From: Promethearchaeota archaeon
GTDB taxonomy: Archaea; Asgardarchaeota; Lokiarchaeia; Sigyniarchaeales; SOKP01
Reading direction: 5' to 3'
Length of the DNA: 32,000 nucleotides
Assembly: GCA_030606485.1 (NCBI GenBank)
Contig: JAUWGH010000004.1
Location: 150,001-182,000, forward strand
This document shows, in pieces, positions 15,878 to 25,454 of the stretch. Made by a program: the position numbers and the translations under genes. The notes under the pieces were generated by a model. The model had not been told where the DNA came from. It was given only the letters and a program-made list of their open reading frames with translations, and did no database searches. The stretch's first letter is position 1; every line of letters starts with the position of its first letter.

Positions 15878-18424
15878 ATGTCGCTAAAAGAATTTACGAA
15901 GGAAGTATTTACGCAATATGGTTTTACCGAAGATATGATTGGTGTTTATTTAACTTTTCTAAGGCTTCCACGCGCTACGATAAGTCAAGTTTATATGTAT
16001 ATAAATAAAGATAAAGATATTGCGTTTGAAAGTTTAGAAGCGGATCTTCAGAAAATCACAGAAATTACAGCCGATTTAGAAAGTAAAGGATTTTTAAAGA
16101 AAGTCCCCGGCATAGTGGATCGATATATTCCGCTTGAACCATTTTTTGACTTATTTATAAAGCAATCTAAAGTTTTAAGAGATGAGATATCAAAAACTAA
16201 GGATGATGTTCTTGCTGATCAAAGTAATCGCTTTGAAACTTTGGAAGGTATTCAGGATAATACAATAAATGAAGTTACAAACGCCGTTGAGACTCAAATT
16301 AATGATTTTTTTGTCGATTCTGACAAAAAGGAAACCTATAAGAAGGAAAAAATTGACGCAGCAAACAAGAGGCTTACAGATACATTAAAGTCTGTTGAAA
16401 ATGAGTTGCATGGAACAGTTGATAAAGATTATTCTGAGTTAAAGAGTGATATTGATGAATTGGATTATGAGGTAAATTCTGAATTAGATAAAATCTCGGA
16501 AAACCATAATAAAGCAACGAAAACTTTAGAATTTAATTTTCACAACATACTTAACACACTAAATGAAACTGTTAAAAATATATCTAAAACTTTTGTTGAT
16601 ACTTCCGAGAATGGTACAACAACCGCAAAAAATGATATTAATTCAATCGTAAAAGCCTTACTTGATGATTTTTCAAATAGAATCTCAAACTTAGAGACCG
16701 AATTGAAAAAGGATTTAGATGCGCATGTAAATCATCATAAGGATGAGGCTGCAGATCTTAAACCAAAGATGGAGAAAATTTTAGAAAAATACATGGATCA
16801 AATGAACAAGGTCATTATTGACTTAAAAGAGAGAATTGATTCCTTATTTAAAGAGCATATATCTACTTTAAATATAACATCAACACAACTCCAAAATAGA
16901 ATTAAAGATCATGTAGATAATCGTCATAAAACACTAGAGGACCAAGTAAAACAATTTAGAGATACTACTCTGACATTAATGGATAATTTAGTATCTACCA
17001 GTGAACAACTTACTGATCTATCGTCTGAATTAAAAAAGAGAGGTGCTGCTTTTAAGGCGCTTTTCGCTGGAAAACATAAAAAATATAAAGCTATTTATAA
17101 AGAGATTCAAGAAAAAGTAGAAACAATTTCGGATAAATTAAAGCAAGAATTTTCACAATCAACTGAGATATATATTGAAGATACTTTTAAAACTACGAGA
17201 GATTTAAAAAATGATGTAACAACAACCATTTCTTTAGAAAATGAGGAATTTAATAAGCAAACAACGGATTTAAATTCAAGAGCACAAAGTACAATTGACG
17301 CAGATATGGGACCTCTTGCAAATGACCAGGTAGGTGAAATAGATTCCACTATAGATGAAGGTGTAAAACACTGTTCAGATACTTCTTTAAAATTAAAAGA
17401 TTCATTGGAAACTTCCCTACATCAACATCATGATGATTATAATAAGGCGATCACACGGCATAATGATGTCACAATAAAACATTATGATGATTCCGATGCT
17501 GATGTGAAGAGGTTAAATGAGGATTTTGTTAAAGATATGGATATTAAATTTAATGCTGGAGTAGCGGATGTAACAAATGAAGTTGGTATTCAAATAAAAG
17601 ATATTGATACCCATCGTGATAATTATAGAATAAAACAAAGAGAAATGTTTAATGAGCGTCTTAGCAAAATTCGAAGTGATTTCGATAGATCAAAGCAATC
17701 TACAACATCTAAAGTTGATGGAGAGATTAATTTCTTTAATAATGATTGCAGCGATTTAGATAAAAATCTATTTGATATGCTTGAAGATCATAAAAATAAA
17801 TATAAAGAGAATGCAACTACTCTGCAAAGTAGCCTTTCAAACACGGTTAAGGACACAATTCAAAACGTCAAGGATGCAATTGCGGATTTTACTCTAACAT
17901 TCATGAACTCAATAGATGATTGCAGTGAAACAGCCGAAAAGAACGAAGAGAAATTGAATGATATTGATCAAGCTTCAAGTGCAATCCCAGAAATTAAGAA
18001 GGTTAACACTTGGCATACAATTGGTGTGGAAGCGTTAATAGCTGCGATTAAAGATACAATTCATAGAACCAAAAGTTCCATTATTATCGTTACTCCAACT
18101 GTTATTCCAGAGATATTGCAATTAATCTCACAGGTTGCATTTCAAAAGAAAGCAGCCAGATTCTTATTGACTTCACACTGGAATCTTGCTCAATATGGTG
18201 ATATAATAACCAAAATGAAAACCTTGGGGAATATTCAATTCCGCCAGTTAAAATCCAAGGGAGACTTTTACGCAGTTACCAGGGATGCGGAAGAAGTTTT
18301 GCTTGCTCCAGCCTCTAAAAAGGACGAGGACATAGTGGCAGTAATTAGTGAAGAAGAAGGGTATGCAATACTCTATAGTCAATTTATAGGGCCTATCTTC
18401 CAAGCGAACTCGCGGCCCATCTAA
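15878..18424 (+). CDS. TrmB-like protein (N-terminal wHTH plus C-terminal effector/PLD-like domain) with a ~600-aa helical/coiled-coil insert
   Basis: N-terminus YGFTEDMIGVYLTFLRLPRATISQV...LESKGFLKKVPG..DRYIPLEP. C-terminus IKDTIHRTKSSIIIVTP...YAVTRDAEEVLLAP. The central region is amphipathic-helical. Confidence 0.75.
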   Translation: MSLKEFTKEVFTQYGFTEDMIGVYLTFLRLPRATISQVYMYINKDKDIAFESLEADLQKITEITADLESKGFLKKVPGIVDRYIPLEPFFDLFIKQSKVLRDEISKTKDDVLADQSNRFETLEGIQDNTINEVTNAVETQINDFFVDSDKKETYKKEKIDAANKRLTDTLKSVENELHGTVDKDYSELKSDIDELDYEVNSELDKISENHNKATKTLEFNFHNILNTLNETVKNISKTFVDTSENGTTTAKNDINSIVKALLDDFSNRISNLETELKKDLDAHVNHHKDEAADLKPKMEKILEKYMDQMNKVIIDLKERIDSLFKEHISTLNITSTQLQNRIKDHVDNRHKTLEDQVKQFRDTTLTLMDNLVSTSEQLTDLSSELKKRGAAFKALFAGKHKKYKAIYKEIQEKVETISDKLKQEFSQSTEIYIEDTFKTTRDLKNDVTTTISLENEEFNKQTTDLNSRAQSTIDADMGPLANDQVGEIDSTIDEGVKHCSDTSLKLKDSLETSLHQHHDDYNKAITRHNDVTIKHYDDSDADVKRLNEDFVKDMDIKFNAGVADVTNEVGIQIKDIDTHRDNYRIKQREMFNERLSKIRSDFDRSKQSTTSKVDGEINFFNNDCSDLDKNLFDMLEDHKNKYKENATTLQSSLSNTVKDTIQNVKDAIADFTLTFMNSIDDCSETAEKNEEKLNDIDQASSAIPEIKKVNTWHTIGVEALIAAIKDTIHRTKSSIIIVTPTVIPEILQLISQVAFQKKAARFLLTSHWNLAQYGDIITKMKTLGNIQFRQLKSKGDFYAVTRDAEEVLLAPASKKDEDIVAVISEEEGYAILYSQFIGPIFQANSRPI

Positions 18425-18512
18425 AGAAGGCTCTGATTTACTACGAGATTTAAGCAATTAGGCGAGATAGAATATATTTAAAACTCCCAGTGCAAACCTC
18501 CCTAATAATCGC

Positions 18513-18528
18513 TTTTTGTTTTTTTTTT
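18513..18528 (+). terminator. Oligo-T tract, probable archaeal intrinsic terminator
   Basis: TTTTTGTTTTTTTTTT about 90 nt downstream of the TrmB-like gene. T-tracts are common in this genome. Confidence 0.35.
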
Positions 18529-18790
18529 ATTTTTAAGAAATTCTTTAGATTTTAGAAATCCTCTAACTAAAATCTTTTATTTCTTCTTGTTTTTTTCTTA
18601 TTTAGATGATTATTTCCGTAATTAAACCTTATTTACAATTCAAATAGAAAATAATTTCAAGAAATCTAGGTCAAATTGGGAAAAGTTGAAATAAAGTTTA
18701 AATTAATTGTATTTATTAATTTGAAATATCTTAAAAGAGAATAAAAAACAATAAGAGATTATTGTTTTATTTTAATTTGTATTTTAATAC

Positions 18791-19825
18791 TTAATTAATT
18801 AATGTATTTGCATGTTTTAGGCATTTTTCAGCGTCTGAAACTATAGTATTAATTATTTCTGATACGTTTCTAACGCTTTTCATAATTCCTATACTTTGAC
18901 CTAAAAGCACGGCACCATCTTCCATGTTTCCATCATAAATCATTTCATAATATTTTCCTTCTTCTAGAACCTGTTGTAGTGTTAGACCCTGTTCCTCTGC
19001 CATCTTTTCTTCCTTACTTGCGACAAGTCCATGGTGTGCTGCATATTTATTTTTCCATAATCTAATCGGTCCTAGAAAACCAGTTACTAAAACAGTATCT
19101 TGAGCTCTTGCTGGTGGAACGATATCCTTGTAATCTGGGTGAAATTCACTTTCTTTTGAGGCTATAAATCTAGAGCCCATCGCGATTGCACCAGCACCCA
19201 TAGATAAAGCGGCGGCAAGACCTTCACCGGTTGCAAAACCTCCACACGCAATTATTGGCATATCAGGATGTTTTTGTCTAACTTGTTGCAAAAGAACTAA
19301 TGAGCTTATTTTCTCATAGGATTGATGACCACCACCTTCTCCTCCTGTGATAACCATGCCATCAACCCCTGTAGTAACACACTTATTAGCAAGCCATAGA
19401 GCTGGCGCTACATGGAAATGTTTTATTTTTGAACCGCTTTCTCTTAATCTTTGGAAAGGTTTTGTATATATCAGTTTTGAAGAACCAGCACTTGTAATCA
19501 CATAAACACATTGTTCTTTTATTTTTGGGTTGTTCATAATAAATTTTGGAACATTTCTGCAAAGATTTTGGGCATCAAGTTGCATTCTTCCGGTTCTAAT
19601 ATTCAATCCGAAAGGTTTGTCGGTATGTTCGACAATATATGTCATGTCCTCTTTCATTTGATTAAGACTATTTTTACCGTACATATTAGTATGACTAATA
19701 ACACCAAGCCCACCTGCTTCAGAAACCGCAACTGCTAATTTGGTTGTATAGAAAGGACCCATAGGTGCCGCAATAATTGGATGTTTTATCCCTAACATTT
19801 TAGTTATATTTGTTTCAAAAACCAC
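18791..19825 (-). CDS. Nitronate monooxygenase / FabK-like FMN-dependent oxidoreductase
   Basis: HPIIAAPMG, AVSEAGGLG, EGGGH and IACGGFATGEGLAAALSMGAGAIAMGSRF. Confidence 0.92.
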   Translation of the reverse strand: MVFETNITKMLGIKHPIIAAPMGPFYTTKLAVAVSEAGGLGVISHTNMYGKNSLNQMKEDMTYIVEHTDKPFGLNIRTGRMQLDAQNLCRNVPKFIMNNPKIKEQCVYVITSAGSSKLIYTKPFQRLRESGSKIKHFHVAPALWLANKCVTTGVDGMVITGGEGGGHQSYEKISSLVLLQQVRQKHPDMPIIACGGFATGEGLAAALSMGAGAIAMGSRFIASKESEFHPDYKDIVPPARAQDTVLVTGFLGPIRLWKNKYAAHHGLVASKEEKMAEEQGLTLQQVLEEGKYYEMIYDGNMEDGAVLLGQSIGIMKSVRNVSEIINTIVSDAEKCLKHANTLIN

Positions 19826-19941
19826 TAATAATCACTTTTTATTCTTATACTATTTTTTTTTGTTTAAGTTTGCTGATAGAATAAAATGATATAGTCTTAA
19901 AAATTTTATACTGCAAATCTATTATTTTATTATTAAGAAAT

Positions 19942-20586
19942 ATGAAGAATCGTCATGAACATAATATGGATTTACAGGTTGATTCGGAGGGTACAGCATT
20001 TTTAATTTTTGATAAGGGTTTCAGTCTTTTTACTATATCTAAACCGAGTTATTGGAAACACCAAGATAACAGCGAATTAATTTCATATTCATGTGTAGGT
20101 GGTAAATTGGAAGAGGGAGAAAGTGCCATAGAGGCTGGAAGAAGGGAAGCTTATGAAGAGTTAGGCATAGATGTTCGTATTCATTCATCAAAAGTCACTT
20201 ATTTAATAGATTTTCAATTAAATAAACAAGTAATTGAATTTAATCAATCAATTAAACCATTTGCAATTTATTATACAAAATTTTCAGAAAAACCGGGGGA
20301 GGATTCAGAAAATTGGTCTCTTTTGGGGAGAGTATATGTTTATTTTGCGAGTCTTTTAGGAGATCCTTTCCCATCATCAGAAATTCCTGCATTATTATGG
20401 TTAAAATGGGAAGATATGTTATTTAACATATCAAATCCTATGCGTTTTAATGAGATACTTTCAAAGGGACTAATAATCGAAAAAGTGGAAATCCCAAACA
20501 ATTCATACTTTATACCAGTAATGACACCTGAGATTATTGGTAAAGTATTTGGAAAAATAACAGGGAACTTAAAGTATATTAAATAG
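19942..20586 (+). CDS. Nudix hydrolase
   Basis: Nudix box GGKLEEGESAIEAGRREAYEELG. Confidence 0.9.
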   Translation: MKNRHEHNMDLQVDSEGTAFLIFDKGFSLFTISKPSYWKHQDNSELISYSCVGGKLEEGESAIEAGRREAYEELGIDVRIHSSKVTYLIDFQLNKQVIEFNQSIKPFAIYYTKFSEKPGEDSENWSLLGRVYVYFASLLGDPFPSSEIPALLWLKWEDMLFNISNPMRFNEILSKGLIIEKVEIPNNSYFIPVMTPEIIGKVFGKITGNLKYIK

Positions 20587-20610
20587 AAAATTAAAGAGGC
20601 TTATAATAAT

Positions 20611-21876
20611 TTATTTATTTGCCTCGTCATCATCCGTGTGGATTCTTTTAAGGTCTATTTCACTATATCCGGGCAAGGCATTTATGAGGTTTCTCATAGA
20701 TCGTTCAACATCCTTACTTGAGGTAATGTACCTTCCAATAATTAATATATCTGCTCCCATTTTAATTGCATATTTAGCAGTCTCGGGTTCTATCCCTCCT
20801 GCAACAGCTACAAGTACTCTATCTCTCCCAGAAACAAATTTTTTATCTTTATAAAATTCTTTGATTTTTGGAACCCATGCCCACTTTTGACGTTGAATAT
20901 CGTTAGTTTCGACACTTTCGGTATCAATTCCTCTATGTAATATTACTACATCGGGAATTTCTTTTAGTTGTGATAATTTTACAATGGGATCATCAACTTC
21001 CATCATATCTACATACGCATAGATACCAACTCTGTGCGCTTCAAATAAGAATTTATCAAGCATAACCGGAGATGCAAGACCTGAAGCAACCACAGCATCT
21101 GCGGTGGCATCAAAAGCAAAATCCACTTCTAGTTTTCCAACATCTAAAGTTTTTAAATCAGCGACTAAAAATACATCAGGTAATTTTTCTCTTAGTTTTA
21201 CAACTGCATCCATTCCATATTTTTTTATCAAGGGAGTTCCGGCTTCAATAATTATTCTATCACTTCTTGGTAATTGGGAAACAACTTTCATTTGATGGTC
21301 TATTGAGGGATGATCCAATGCTACTTGAATATAAGGTGGTCTCCATAGACGTGGCATCTTGATTCCAGAGACTGGGTGTTTTGCTCTATCTTTATCATAA
21401 AATATTTTCTTAATTGTTGGATATTTTTCAATTGCTCTTTTGATTGCTAATTTTGTTGCACCATAATTATATTGGTAAATTCTTCTATAATCTGAAGCAC
21501 CTGGGTGAATAAAACAGCTAACTACAATCACCCAATCGTCGGCTTTATTGATAGGGATCACTCCTTCTTCTAAAGAATCTGCTACAGCTTTGGCGATTGC
21601 TGCCTGCGCCGGTCCAAAAATCTTACTTGCATCCTCTAGGTTTCCAATGGTAACTTTCGGAATTATTAAGGTTTGGGGTTTAGGTGTTAAATTAGGTCGA
21701 ATTACAGCTAATAGAGCGCCGTGACCTACACTAGGTTGGGTCAATGCATTTGCAAAAGCTTGTCCAACAGGACCGTTTTTAGATCCAATCATTAAGTCAA
21801 TGTGAGCTAGGTTTTCTTTCTCACCAAGGAGCGCTTCACCTATCAAAAATTCATCTTTAGCAGGCATATAAACCAT
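20611..21876 (-). CDS. fae-hps: Bifunctional formaldehyde-activating enzyme / 3-hexulose-6-phosphate synthase
   Basis: Fae half: IGEAL.G...AHIDLMIG...FGPAQAAIAKAV. Hps half: IEAGTPLIK, ADLKTLD, HRGID, VAGGI. Confidence 0.95.
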   Translation of the reverse strand: MVYMPAKDEFLIGEALLGEKENLAHIDLMIGSKNGPVGQAFANALTQPSVGHGALLAVIRPNLTPKPQTLIIPKVTIGNLEDASKIFGPAQAAIAKAVADSLEEGVIPINKADDWVIVVSCFIHPGASDYRRIYQYNYGATKLAIKRAIEKYPTIKKIFYDKDRAKHPVSGIKMPRLWRPPYIQVALDHPSIDHQMKVVSQLPRSDRIIIEAGTPLIKKYGMDAVVKLREKLPDVFLVADLKTLDVGKLEVDFAFDATADAVVASGLASPVMLDKFLFEAHRVGIYAYVDMMEVDDPIVKLSQLKEIPDVVILHRGIDTESVETNDIQRQKWAWVPKIKEFYKDKKFVSGRDRVLVAVAGGIEPETAKYAIKMGADILIIGRYITSSKDVERSMRNLINALPGYSEIDLKRIHTDDDEANK

Positions 21877-22008
21877 TTTTTTATTAGTTATTCTAAAATA
21901 TTATCCACTATGTAAAAAGAGATTATCAATTTATTAAAACTTAAGTAATATGAGAGTATTAGTTTAAGGTAAATTTAAAAGGGATTTTTTTTTTTAACTT
22001 ATTCTAAA
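21874..22008. repeat. Diverged direct repeat of a stop-spacer-start junction (21874-21897 and 21983-22008)
   Basis: CAT-T6-ATTAG-TTATTCTAAA versus GAT-T10-AAC-TTATTCTAAA. Confidence 0.55.
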
Positions 22009-22859
22009 TCAATTTTATCTTTATTAACTTTATTAACATTTAGTTGTTCTTTTATTGGCTCTTCGATTAATTTTTCAGGAATTTTCATTGAATTAAAAAT
22101 AGAATTCATTTCTCCAGGTTGATGGAATTTTTCTTCCATAAAAATTGGAATTTTTATTTGTTCGCCCTTGACTTTTAAATCTTCTGGAATATAATATTCT
22201 ACTGCCTGAACTTTACCATCTTTTATTATTAATCTTATAGAATACTGGTATGTATTATCAAAATAGAAGCCATTAGGAATTTGGCCTAATTTTTTTATAG
22301 TTTTTATTTCATCGATTTTAGTTATATATGAATTTAGTTCAGATTCATAGGAATAGAAATCCCCTCCTATAAGAATAATTTTAGGATGGAAATCTTCTGG
22401 TTGAGGGATGGATTTAAGCAATTCAATTGCATCTTTTTTATTAATACCGGTATGTACACACAAATCTGTAAATTTTGTAGCTTTTTCTCCTGGTATAGTA
22501 TAACTATTATAATCTTCTCGTGTAATAACTCGAGCCCTACCAGGTCCAACTTGTTGTTCAAATATTTTCTGAATTGATCTATCATCATAAGAATATTCAT
22601 TCATATTAGAAATTCTATAAAATAATCTAAGTTGGGCTCTAAATTTTCTTGCTAAAATTCCCCCAAACATCTGTAGTTTTAAGGAAGTTTTTGGTCCATA
22701 GTAAGTCCAAATTCTTTTTTCATTATGATCAATTAAAATTAATACTTTCTGATTATCAATTAGATCTTTAACGGTTTCTTCTTTAGATATATCTGCAAAT
22801 AATTCTTTTGTTTCCATATACGGTGGTTCTTTAAGTTCAATAACTTCAAATATTTGCAT
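21999..22859 (-). CDS. Protein with an N-terminal gelsolin-like domain and an unknown C-terminal domain
   Basis: LIDNQKVLILIDHNEKRIWTYYG.KTSLKLQMFGGILARKFR resembles the Asgard gelsolin repeat. The remaining ~170 aa are unassigned. Confidence 0.65.
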   Translation of the reverse strand: MQIFEVIELKEPPYMETKELFADISKEETVKDLIDNQKVLILIDHNEKRIWTYYGPKTSLKLQMFGGILARKFRAQLRLFYRISNMNEYSYDDRSIQKIFEQQVGPGRARVITREDYNSYTIPGEKATKFTDLCVHTGINKKDAIELLKSIPQPEDFHPKIILIGGDFYSYESELNSYITKIDEIKTIKKLGQIPNGFYFDNTYQYSIRLIIKDGKVQAVEYYIPEDLKVKGEQIKIPIFMEEKFHQPGEMNSIFNSMKIPEKLIEEPIKEQLNVNKVNKDKIDLE

Positions 22860-22879
22860 GAGTTACCTCATAATCTTTT

Positions 22880-24238
22880 TTATTTAAGTGCTACTCTTCC
22901 AATAGCTCTAAAAGTTAATTCTTTATCAAATTCTTCAAAAGAAAAAATTCTTCTTCCGTCAATAACAAATGGATTTTTCATTAATCTTATGAATTTGCTA
23001 GGTTTCAGTGTTTTAAATTCATCCCATTCTGTTGTAATTATTGCACAATCAGCATCTTTTAATAATTCCTCAATATTATTGGCATATTCAATTTTATTTC
23101 CCAATACTTCTCTTGCTGATTCTTTAGCTTTTGGATCATATCCAATAATATTAGAAGCATTTCTTTTATTTAATTCATTAATAATTCTTATACTTGGAGC
23201 CTGTCGCATATCATCAGTGCCAGGCTTAAAAGCAAGTCCCAATAATGCAATTTTCTTATTTGAAAGATCATTTAAGGTGTTTTCTGCAAGATCTACAATG
23301 TGAATTGCTTGGTCATCGTTAATATCAAGTACTGCATTTAATAATCGTGGATTATATCCTTTAGATTGTGCAAATGCTTTAATTGCATTAATATCTTTTG
23401 ATAAACAAGAACCTCCGAATCCAACTCCGACTCCTAAAAATCTTTCACAAATCCTGTAGTCAAGACCGACACCCTTCATAACTTGAACTACATCCACTCC
23501 AGGAACAAGTTCTGCTAAATTGGCAAATTCATTAGCATAACTAATTTTTGTTGCTAATAAACAATTATTCCCATATTTAACTAACTCCGCACTCTCCAAA
23601 TTCATTCTTAATATGGGTGCTTTTTTTAAGTGATCTCCATAAAAAGACTCATAGAATTCCTGTAAAATATCACCACTTTTTTTATCAAATTCTCCAATTA
23701 TAATCCTGTCTGGATAGAAAGTATCCTCAATAGAACGTCCCTCAGCTAAAAATTCGGGTTGCATACATAACCCAAAATCCTTCCCTGGTTCCTTTCCACT
23801 AATTTTTTGAATTGTGTCTCCGACAATGTTTCTTGTCGTCCCTGGAACAACTGTCGACCTAACAACTATTAGATGATAATTATCGTTCATTCTCAACACT
23901 TCGCCAATTTCTTTAGCAGATTTTTCCATAAAAGTTAAATCTATTCTTTTATCTTCTCCCAACGGAGTTCCAACGATAATCATTGTAATATCAGTATCTA
24001 GAATAGCTTGCTCTCTTCCCACCAAACACTTAAAATTTCCATCATTTCGATTTACTACTTCTTTCAATATCTCTTCTAGCTCTACTTCATAAAAAGGAGC
24101 AATCCCTTGATTAATCAAATCAGCTTTCTTTTTATTATGAGTTGAAGCAATAACCTTTATTCCCCTATGAGCAAAACAAACAGCTGAAACAAGACCGACA
24201 AAACCAGTACCAAGGATTGAGACACTTAATTTCTTCAT
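22880..24238 (-). CDS. ugd: UDP-glucose/GDP-mannose dehydrogenase family protein
   Basis: GTGFVGL, STVVPGTT, PEFLAEG, GFGGSCL.KD and LGLAFKPGTDDMR motifs. Confidence 0.95.
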   Translation of the reverse strand: MKKLSVSILGTGFVGLVSAVCFAHRGIKVIASTHNKKKADLINQGIAPFYEVELEEILKEVVNRNDGNFKCLVGREQAILDTDITMIIVGTPLGEDKRIDLTFMEKSAKEIGEVLRMNDNYHLIVVRSTVVPGTTRNIVGDTIQKISGKEPGKDFGLCMQPEFLAEGRSIEDTFYPDRIIIGEFDKKSGDILQEFYESFYGDHLKKAPILRMNLESAELVKYGNNCLLATKISYANEFANLAELVPGVDVVQVMKGVGLDYRICERFLGVGVGFGGSCLSKDINAIKAFAQSKGYNPRLLNAVLDINDDQAIHIVDLAENTLNDLSNKKIALLGLAFKPGTDDMRQAPSIRIINELNKRNASNIIGYDPKAKESAREVLGNKIEYANNIEELLKDADCAIITTEWDEFKTLKPSKFIRLMKNPFVIDGRRIFSFEEFDKELTFRAIGRVALK

Positions 24239-24364
24239 AAAATATATAAAAGAATTTGGTCTTTAAATTTTTTTATTTCTTTTATCTTTAGAAAATCTTT
24301 TAAGTTTTGAGACACTTAATTTCTTTATAATATAGAAAAATTTTATTTTGGTTATCTTTAAATG
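24212..24364. repeat. Diverged tandem duplication of the divergent ugd/rps6e junction (24212-24269 and 24302-24364)
   Basis: TTGAGACACTTAATTTCTT[C/T]ATAA is 23/24 identical at 24217 and 24307; both units end in TTTGG..CTTTAAAT. Confidence 0.85.
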
Positions 24365-24787
24365 TCCGAAAAGCCCTCTTATAAATTAAATATCTCTGGT
24401 GGCAACTCTGGTCCCGGCAAAGGAAAAACAAAATTAATTCAAGTAGATCAGTCAAAAGTAAATTTAAAGGGTTTAAAAATTGGAACCACGATTAAGGGGG
24501 ATCAAATAGGTCTTGTTGGATATGAGTTAATAATTACTGGTGGATCAGATAACAGCGGTTTTCCACTGAGAAGAGATATAGATGGGCCTTTAAAGAAAAG
24601 AATTCTCATTTCAAAAGGAATAGGTTATAAACCAAAGAGAAAAGGGGAACGAAGACGAAAAACTATGCGTGGGAATGAAATATCTTTTGATACAAGTTTA
24701 GTTAATCTAAAGATTATAAAATATGGAAGTTCTAAATTTTTTAGCAAAACAGAGAAGAAAGAACCTATAGAAAAAGAAAAAAAGTAA
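24362..24787 (+). CDS. rps6e: 30S ribosomal protein S6e
   Basis: LIITGGSDNSGFPLRRDI...GERRRKTMRGN. Confidence 0.97.
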   Translation: MSEKPSYKLNISGGNSGPGKGKTKLIQVDQSKVNLKGLKIGTTIKGDQIGLVGYELIITGGSDNSGFPLRRDIDGPLKKRILISKGIGYKPKRKGERRRKTMRGNEISFDTSLVNLKIIKYGSSKFFSKTEKKEPIEKEKK

Positions 24788-24828
24788 TACATATTCATTA
24801 ATACTTTTAAAAATTGGAGAAAATAAAG

Positions 24829-25011
24829 ATGGTCAAAGTTAGAAATTGCTCATTCTGTGGTTATAACATCCCGGTTGGACGGGGAATAATGTATATAAAA
24901 AATGACGGAAATATTCTAAACTTTTGCTCAAATAAGTGTCGTAAAGCAATGATTAAATATAAAAAGAATCCAAGGAAAACCCGTTGGACTAAATTTTATG
25001 GAAAACAATAA
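24829..25011 (+). CDS. rpl24e: 50S ribosomal protein L24e
   Basis: CSFCG..I..GRG.MY...DG....FCS.KC...PRK.RWT. The ATG at 24829 is preferred because GGAG lies 9 nt upstream. Confidence 0.96.
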   Translation: MVKVRNCSFCGYNIPVGRGIMYIKNDGNILNFCSNKCRKAMIKYKKNPRKTRWTKFYGKQ

Positions 25012-25016
25012 TTTTT

Positions 25017-25220
25017 TTATTGTAAGCGCGGAAATTTTAAGATTTCATCAATTAAATTTATATGACTAACGATCATACGCTTACAGCAAAATCTGGAAAT
25101 ATTTAATTTTTTAAAAGCATCTTCCGAGGGAATCCCTTTTTTAACTGTCATTTCAATATATGGTTCGTATAGATCTCCAATTAATTTTCCACAACTAAAG
25201 CATCGGATTGGAATAATCAA
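25017..25220 (-). CDS. rpo10: DNA-directed RNA polymerase subunit Rpo10 (N)
   Basis: IIPIRCFSCGK...RFCCKRM. TTG start. Confidence 0.97.
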   Translation of the reverse strand: MIIPIRCFSCGKLIGDLYEPYIEMTVKKGIPSEDAFKKLNISRFCCKRMIVSHINLIDEILKFPRLQ

Positions 25221-25454
25221 TTAATTTTTTCAGCTTTTCCCTTTTTTTTTTGTATTTACTTAACTAATTTATAGTTATTAACTAGCAATATATCCTTCCT
25301 AAAAAATTTTATTAATAGAGAGGATTTTTATTTTTTAAGAAAGTCAATATTTTTAATAGATTATTAATTTTCCAAATAATTTTTATGTTTATATAACTTT
25401 TTTAATTTAATTTTATTGAATTTGATATCACTTTAAGTTATAAATAATTATAAA

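Noticed and set aside
20611-21876. Fae-Hps fusion as a novelty
   Set aside because: This fusion is well known from methanogens and other archaea.
24814-24828. TTG start for rpl24e from the ORF track
   Set aside because: The TTGGAG sequence is better read as the SD for ATG 24829, which gives the typical L24e N-terminus.
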